Origin: Octopus vulgaris
Lineage: Eukaryota
Length of the DNA: 64,000 nt
Assembly: GCA_951406725.2 (NCBI GenBank)
Contig: OX597822.1
Span: 12,772,001 to 12,836,000 of the forward strand
Direction: 5' to 3'
Under the pieces are notes generated by a model. The model did no database searches, had not been told where the DNA came from, and worked only from the letters and a program-made list of their open reading frames with translations. This document shows positions 56,700-64,000 of the stretch, one piece after another; position 1 is the stretch's first letter, and the number at the start of each line of letters is the position of its first letter. A program made the translations under genes and the position numbers.

Positions 56700-58499
56700 T
56701 CGGTTATCCACTTCGAATTGATGAAAGTCGATTACAGCAGAATTTGAAAACAGACGTGAAGATCTGGAAGAAATAACTAGAAGCATTTGTCTAGCAAGTT
56801 AGCGAGTCGTCTGCCAGCTCGTCTCATCAAACATAATTTCACGAAATTAATTCTTGTATCCTGTACCTAAACCGTCAATGATAATTCTCAGTTTCTAACA
56901 CCTCATCTATATTCCTAGGCACCTCTTTGTCCTTCATGAATCTGAGATTAGCTTATACTGAAACATATATTAGGTTGTGTGTCGTACTTGCCAAAAATCA
57001 AAACTAAAAAATAATAGCATTTTCTCCCTACGTGGCACAATTATTTCTAGTTTGGTTCCGGAAAATTTTAAGTGAGTCGAATGTTACCAAATAAAACATC
57101 ACCAGCGATAATAGTGTGGTTGGAGATGTTAAATTTAGTAAGCATTATTTATTGATTATATAGATTTCTATCTTCGACCTGGTTCATTCGCAGAAAACCA
57201 TATCTTGAAGGCTTTCTTTAATATCCGTGTCTGCAATGGTCGGATACTTTTATGCACAGCACATGACTCATTTCATCACACCTATTCACATATAGAAAGC
57301 AACTGTATTTTACACAAATACATGCAAAGAAGAACACTATGCACACGCGTACGAACACACACAAACAAACACACATACACACACGCACACACACACACAC
57401 GCACACATGCACACACATATATATATATGTGTGTGTGTGTGTGTTGAGAGAGAGAGAAAGAAATAAGGAGAGCAATATGCAATTTTATTAAAATAATATT
57501 GTATTTATATCTCTCCCTCTCTCTATTTCTCCTTCTCTCTCTCTCTCCCACACACACACACATACACACATATATACATATACATATACATATATTATAT
57601 TATATTATATTATATTATGTTATATTATATTATATTATATACATACGCATGAATACATACACACATACTCGTTGTCACTCACATACGCGCAAATACACAC
57701 GCATATATGGTCACGTGTGTTTATGTGTGTGAATACATGCGCATATTCACAAACACATGAATATTGCAAACGAGGTAGCGTGAGCGAGTCAGTGAAATAA
57801 CGGTGGGAAACAACGATTCGATGATGAATGTTTAATGAGAAATATTTCACTAAGAACATACAACTGCTTATCGGACTTATGTAACGAATAGAAATTTTAT
57901 CGTATTTCATTCTGGGATTATCTCAGAAATACAGAGATTGAGCAAAAGTATATGGTGGATGTTGGCATGCTGTATTGCGGTTCAGAAAATCAAGAATATA
58001 ACGAACGATTCAAAGCGGTTGCTGTGGCTAACATAACTTACCACCGAATAGAAGCCATCGAGTGACATCTATGGCTTCCTGTCTGGCGTTCGCGACTAAG
58101 ACATGCCAGAAACAACAACGTGCATCAAGCATTTTGTAGAAGGAAGTCCGATTGGCTAATTTTATCTTAGATGGCCTACAAGGGCATGGGTCCTTGGTTA
58201 AGAAACTCGATTTGTAACAATGTGGTTTCGAGTTGGATTCAACTGTGTGGAAACTTGGGCATGTGCCTTCCATAGACACACAGCAAGACCAATGCTGTGT
58301 GAGTGAATTTGGTAAACGGAAATTTTGTGTTAGCCCAGCGCGAGTGCGTATATACATATACATATACATACACACGTACGTATATATATATATATATATA
58401 TATAAAGAGAGAGAGAGAGAAAGAGAGGGGAGAGCACGGGACAGAAAGTGTGAGACAGAGTTGTATGTGTGTATGTACATATATATATATATATATATA

Positions 58500-59460
58500 T
58501 GTTTAAGTAGTTGAATGAATTATCCTAATATGGATAATTCGGTTAACCGATACCCGGGTAGCAAATTTACGTCAGAAATCACGGTTGAAGCTACATGCCA
58601 AGGGCAGAAATCACGTGCTTTCGTGTGGAAATTTGTGTGTTTTTTTACTATAGATAAATGAAAGAATGGAGTCGAACGACGATTTAACAAAATTCCTTTA
58701 TTCTCGACACATGTTTCAAAGACTGCATATTCTTAATTCCGAAGGAATAAAGGGTGCATTATGCCGTTTTCTCATCAGGAAAAACAAGGAACTTATGTCA
58801 GCATCATGACGAACAAAAATTCTTAGATGACTGCCCACACGGAGTCCATAGTAATAATGAGTGTTTCTTAAAAATATTCCGTTACAAGCAGTGACGTCAA
58901 AATTGGTTGGATGGATAAGATTCTAAAAGGTTCAAGATTTCAAGAATGGTTGGAAGTGGCAAGTACTAAGAATAGGGGGGTGACAAAGTGCAAGTCGTAT
59001 GTATGGTGATGCGTTGTTGTTTGCTTTTGCCAATGAGATTGAGTGCCTATGTATGTGTATGTCTATAACTGCATTCGTGCCTATGTGTGTGTATATGTGT
59101 GTGTGATTGTTTGTGTGGGAGGATCAATGCAAAATACAACTAGTGGTGGAGTGACAGGTTTGTGTCTGTGTGTTTGATTGTGCTTATGATAGAGAGAGAT
59201 GGAGAGAGAGAGGGGGGAGAGATAGAGAGACAAAGGTAGAACATACCTTAACGAATTTGGTAGTAGGCCTTCAAATAACGGAGTATAAAAAAAATTTTGT
59301 CTATGGTGTTGTTGTAGATGTGGAACCAAATTATTAAAATTAAGGAGGTTATCTATATTAACCATCATTCATATGAGTTGAAGGTGTGTTTCTGCCAGTG
59401 CATGAACCTATAGGATTTCTCTTCCATTGTGTTTTCCACCATAGGATTTCTCTACCATTC
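58500..59460 (-). mobile_element. Penelope-like 3' fragment (GIY-YIG end + 3' UTR + HHR)
   Basis: 59433->59365 reads NTMEEKSYRFMHWQKHTFNSYE*, homologous to NTVIERAYRCKHWQKHTFSAYK* of ORF 3311-3700. TA tracts at both ends. Confidence 0.82.
58701..58783 (-). ncRNA. Type-I hammerhead ribozyme with long stem II
   Basis: ttttc-CTGATGA-gaaaacggcata...tatgcagtcttt-GAAA-catgt-GTC-gagaa. Intact core, GUC site, acatgt palindrome in stem III. Confidence 0.85.
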
Positions 59461-59666
59461 TATATATATATAGAATATGAGGAGGCACATTGAGTAAGTG
59501 CTATAACTGCTCTTCCGTCATGTTCCAAGTTCCCACCTGAGGTTGGAGCTAGGGATCCGTATTAGGCTTCCGTATTAGCAGGTATATATTAGAGGGAAAA
59601 AGGACAACTAAAACCAAGGCAGCACGAGTGCCTCAACTCATTATTTAAGGTAAGCTGAATTTGTGG

Positions 59667-59740
59667 TCTTACAGCTGTTTCTGGGATATCACAAGTGATA
59701 GGCCAGCATATCCATACACTGGATATTCCGTCATCAGAGC
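59667..59740 (-). ncRNA. Type-I hammerhead ribozyme in a second PLE-type end (~59475-59755)
   Basis: ct-CTGATGA-c-ggaatatc...gatatccc-a-GAAA-cagctg-TA-ag. Palindromic cagctg stem III, GUA site. Confidence 0.8.
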
Positions 59741-59875
59741 ATTATGAAAGTGGTGTATGTATGTATGTTTGTATGTATGTATGTCCCATGATCGCTTGAC
59801 AACCGGTCCTAGTTTGCTTATGTCCACACAACCTAGCGGTTTGGATAAAGTGACTGATATATTAAGTACCTAATT

Positions 59876-59939
<64 letters not shown>

Positions 59940-60863
59940 ATATGGGCTAGATTGATTTGTTGCGCTAATCTCTTCAGGACAGTACCCCGTCATGGTTGTA
60001 TTACAATGACTAAATCATGTAAACGCTAAAAGAGCTAACAGTACGGAAAACAGACCAGAATCCCGTGACCGCCATATTTACTTTTAATCATATATCTTCT
60101 TTGATAATATTACGCGAAACAAACACAATGACAACAGCAAAAAACGTACAAATCCCAATTCGTTTCTCGTATCCATTAAAAGTAAACCTCACATGGTGAT
60201 TAGCCGAAATGTGAGCCTATTACTTTAGGCGACGAATACTTACTAGGAATTTCTGTTTCAAATGTGATTATCTTCCAGACTGCGACATTAACCGTGGCGT
60301 TACTGTGTTTTTTTTTTATAAACAGCCGACCTTCTTTGCAAAAGTCTGAGCACAGTGGATCTGTTGCCAATCTAGGTGGAGTCGGGTACGTTTCAGTTTG
60401 ATATTCAAAATTTATTCACTAGGATGTGCGCAGACTCCCTCGACGGTGTCGACTCCCACCAGCTCTCCATTTGTCTTTTCTTTTTTCTTTTACTTGTTTC
60501 AGTCATTTGACTGCGACCATGCTGGAGCACCGCCTTTAGTAGAGCAAATCGACCCCGGGACTTATTCTTTGTAAGCCCAGTACTTATTCTATCGGTCTCT
60601 TTTTGCCGAACAGCTAAGTGACGGGGACGTAAACACACCAGCATCTGTTATCAAGCAATGCTAGGGGGACAAACACAGAGAACACAAACATACACACATA
60701 CATATATATATATACATATATACGACAGGCTTCTTTCAGTTTCCGTCTACCAAATCCACTCACAGGGCTTTGGTCAGCCCGAGGCTATGGTAGAAGACAC
60801 TTGCCCAAGATGCCACGCAGTGGGACTGAACCCGGAACCATGTGGTTGGTTAGCAAGCTACTT

Positions 60864-63097
60864 TATTTCAAATCATTTGCCATAAAGGCAGTACACAGAT
60901 TAAGTTAGCTTTGCGGGCTGGACGAGGACATTAATGAGGTGAATGATAATGAAAGAAAGATGATAAGGATGGGAAAAGACAGAAAGCGCCCGCTGACTTT
61001 TGCTTCTCTAAAACATTGTTCTTTTTAAAAAGATAAACACAAAACGAGGTATTAAACCTCTTACAATTTTTCCAATTTTTGGACTTAGCAGTCCATTATT
61101 AATACAAAACGAGGTATTAATCCTCTTACAATTTTTCAATTTTTGGACTTAAGTCCATTACTAATAATACATATCGTCCTCGAAATAGCTTGTGCCCGCG
61201 CCCTCCACCATCAACCACGCCTCCCTCAGAACGTAGTCAAGTTCCGAGTTCGCGTCGCCCGGGACCAAGTTATAATCTTCATTGAGCTCCTTTAGCCCTA
61301 GCGTCATGTCGAACGCCACGGCCTCCACAGTTACCTGCGGAGGCCATTCGGGGTCCTGTGTGAAGGCTAAAGGTGCTCCCTTGTAGTGCTCTTCCATCAC
61401 TTTTTCAATTTCTCCTCCTCTATAGAAGAGGACCAATACATTCAGTTCTTTCGTTGGCGGCACAGTTTCCGCCAACGGTATTCCTTCTCTTGTCGGTGGC
61501 ACAACCCCAACCGACGTAGTTCCGCGACATTCCGGTGCTACACTGACAGCCGGTAATGTCCCGTTTTTCTTCCTCTTTTTCTTTTTTTTCCTTTTCAGCT
61601 GAGGGAGGGTGCGTCTCCTCCGTGGCTGGAAGATTCGCCTTCCTCTCCTCACCCCTATTATCCTTTGGTGAGCACCCATTGTTGCTCACCTTCCTCTTTC
61701 GGCCTCTGTTTGAGGAGTCCTCTGCTTTCTCGGCCGTTATCGTTCCCTCTTCTAGAGGGGTTTTACTTAACTGTTCCGGGATCCTATTTTGTTCCCGAGG
61801 ACAGTTCTTCTTTATGTGGCCGGACTCCAAGCACCGATGACACTTAGGGGGGCGACCCTCAAGCATCACCGGGTACCTGCACCCGGCCATTTTCATAAAA
61901 ACTGGAAGAACCAGATTGGCTGATTGGGTCCACAGGGTCAAAATTGCTTTTGACCCAACCCAAGCAGCCGCAGGAAGAACTTTTACATTGAGGAGCTTAG
62001 TTTCGCTGTCACCCAGACCCCGGCGGATAGTCTCCTCTATCCACTCGGGTTCTATGTCGGGTGGCAGTCCGCAGATCCAAGCTTTCATCAACTTCTTTTT
62101 TTGTACGTGGGCAGGAATAAGATTTCCTTACCCTCCAAGGGTTTGCTAGCAAATTTGCAAGCCTCTTCAAGGGTGTCAAACAGCAACCACACCGTTGCAT
62201 ATTTGACACCCCTGGAAATGAATTTAATTTTTGGCAAATACTCTTCCAACTCCTTTTCAATTGCCGTCTTTTCGAATAGGGCGATGGTGTCAAGTGCCTT
62301 GGAGTAGGTTCTCAACACCACCGTCCTATCTTCACGGTCTTTTAACCACTTTTTGGGTGGTATGATTTCCCACTCCAAAATTTTGTTATTTTTCATTGCC
62401 ATGTTTTTTTAAAAATATATTCAAATTAAACTCAAAAGCAGGAAGAAAAAGTTCAAAAGTCCAAATAAAATTTGATAGATTTTTGAAAAAACAAAAAGGA
62501 GAAAGCACAACAGAAGGGAAGAAATTAACAGAAAGTCGCAATAAAGAAAAAAAACAAAAGGGGGGGTAAATGAAGTTCAAAAGAAAGTTAATAAACAGAA
62601 AAAACACAGCAAAAATATTCTGGCCTTGCGGTACTCCCGGCCTGGGTGGAACATGGAACGCCGCAACTGCAACACAACCTCCACAAAAATGGGTCCGAAA
62701 GGTAATCCAATAGTGGCTTATTTTTATAATTTTCTTGCGAAGTACTCTGACAAGGGAATAAATTCAACAAACCCAAACACAGCACTGGCTACCGCCAACG
62801 GTAATTTTAACAGTAACTGTATTGAATTCTGAGGATACGCCCCTCCACTGTTTTTTCTTTTTTTTTTCAATGAACACAAAAACGGCAGCCGCCGAGAGCA
62901 GGTGAAATTGTCTCAGAGTTGGACACAACCTACTGAAATAATAATTGGCACGCAATAAATTATGCCCAACTCACAATAAACAAAATCACTTACCTCGACA
63001 ACTTTCCGTTTTGGTCTTTTTTCTTTAATTGGACAGAGCTGATTGACTCACGTCCACTCTGGCTGAACAGGAATTAGCTGACTAATTGCGCATGTGC
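60864..63097 (-). mobile_element. ORF1-only non-LTR retroelement (L1/Tx1-like, HAL1-type architecture), 2.23 kb, 15-bp TSD
   Basis: TSD gttagcaagctactt at 60849-60863 and 63098-63112. About 700-bp 5' UTR, one gag-like ORF, ~300-bp 3' UTR ending gaaata(aa). No RT or endonuclease. Confidence 0.85.
61161..62402 (-). pseudogene. Zinc-knuckle ORF1/gag-like protein (~410 aa) broken by two compensating frameshifts
   Basis: Track ORFs 62402-62088, 62091-61420 and 61679-61161 join; the first and last share a frame. Motif YPVMLEGRPPKCHRCLESGHIKKNC is a CX2CX4HX4C knuckle typical of L1/Tx1-type ORF1p. Confidence 0.8.
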
Positions 63098-63485
63098 GTT
63101 AGCAAGCTACTTACCACACAGCCACTCCTGCGCCTGTGTAGATCTCCATTAAAACCCGTCCTCGTTTCCAGCTTTTGATAACAAATCCTTTATCGTTGGT
63201 AAACCAGCCGACACATGGCACTGCTTTTCTAGTGCTCTAATTTCTTCGAGACCGAAAAGCAGAATATTTATGCAGTTACAGAAGTAGAATCCTTTGTTTA
63301 ACTCTGCTAAAAGCACGTCCACGTTGATCAGTAATGATTAATAATGATTAATAATACAATACCGGGAAGAGTCTTTTCACTCCCGACAACAGAAAGGAAC
63401 ACACAATGCCGTACACACCCCAGCAACAGGGAGGTGCAGCAGGGGATGCAGTAGAAATTTGCCTGAAACTAAAAAATGTTGAACA

Positions 63486-63543
63486 ATGATGATGATGATG
63501 ATGATGATGATCGCGGTGGTGGTGGTGGTGGTGGTGGTGGTGG

Positions 63544-63574
<31 letters not shown>

Positions 63575-63810
63575 GGTGATGATGATGATGATAGCGGTGG
63601 TGGTGTTGGTGGTTGTGATCGTGATGAGGATGATGGTGATGATGATGATGATAGCGGTGGTGGTGTTGGTGGTTGTGATCGTGATGAGGATGATGGTGAT
63701 GATGATGATAATAGCGGTGATGATGATGATGATAGCGGTGATGGTGTTGGTGGTTGTGATCGTGATGAGGATGATGGTGATGATGATGATGATAGCAGTG
63801 GTGGTGGTGG

Positions 63811-63858
<48 letters not shown>

Positions 63859-63915
63859 CGACGATGATGGTGGTGGTGGTGGTGGTGGTGGTGGTGGTGG
63901 CGGCGGCGGCGGCTA
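63486..63915. repeat. (GAT)/(GGT) microsatellite with three higher-order ~60-bp units
   Basis: gatagcggt(g/a)..ggtgttggtggttgtgatcgtgatgaggatgatggt recurs at ~63590, 63650 and 63731. Confidence 0.9.
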
Positions 63916-64000
63916 TGACGATGTTGATGATGCTGAGGATTCCAGAGTTGCGTAGCCCTACAAGGGCTAACAATCCTGATGTTGATACAAATATAACCCA

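Larger units (their letters stand above)
60485..63135 (-). mobile_element. SINE family A split in its tRNA head (60485-60863 and 63098-63135)
   Basis: The SINE sequence stops at ...gttagcaagctactt and resumes at 63098 with gttagcaagctacttaccacacagccactcctgcgcct. Confidence 0.93.

Noticed and set aside
63377-63973. Gly/Asp-rich 159-aa ORF and Thr/Ile-rich antisense ORF
   Set aside because: Trinucleotide microsatellite with higher-order duplication. There are no complex coding flanks or splice context.

Overview
AT-rich, microsatellite-saturated eukaryotic non-genic (intergenic or intronic) DNA. The repeat landscape resembles an octopus or other coleoid cephalopod genome (inference). No host protein-coding gene is recognisable, and nearly all ORFs in the track are (TA)n/(CA)n/(AAT)n translation artefacts. 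The only real coding remnants are from transposons: Penelope-like element (PLE) RT-thumb/GIY-YIG fragments, a Helitron PIF1-helicase fragment, decayed R4/Dong-type LINE pieces, an RTE-type 3' end, and a zinc-knuckle ORF1. The most interesting features are: (1) about 12 hammerhead-ribozyme (HHR) motifs in several distinct PLE-derived mini-elements inserted in (TA)n tracts; (2) a tRNA-headed SINE-like unit with an HHR tail; (3) six fold-back inverted duplications, two of which copy about 120 bp of flank around a (TA)n centre; (4) a complete 2.23-kb, TSD-flanked, ORF1-only (HAL1-like) retroelement inserted in the tRNA head of a SINE; (5) modular SINEs whose internal microsatellite acts as a landing pad. 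All calls were made by eye without database searches.
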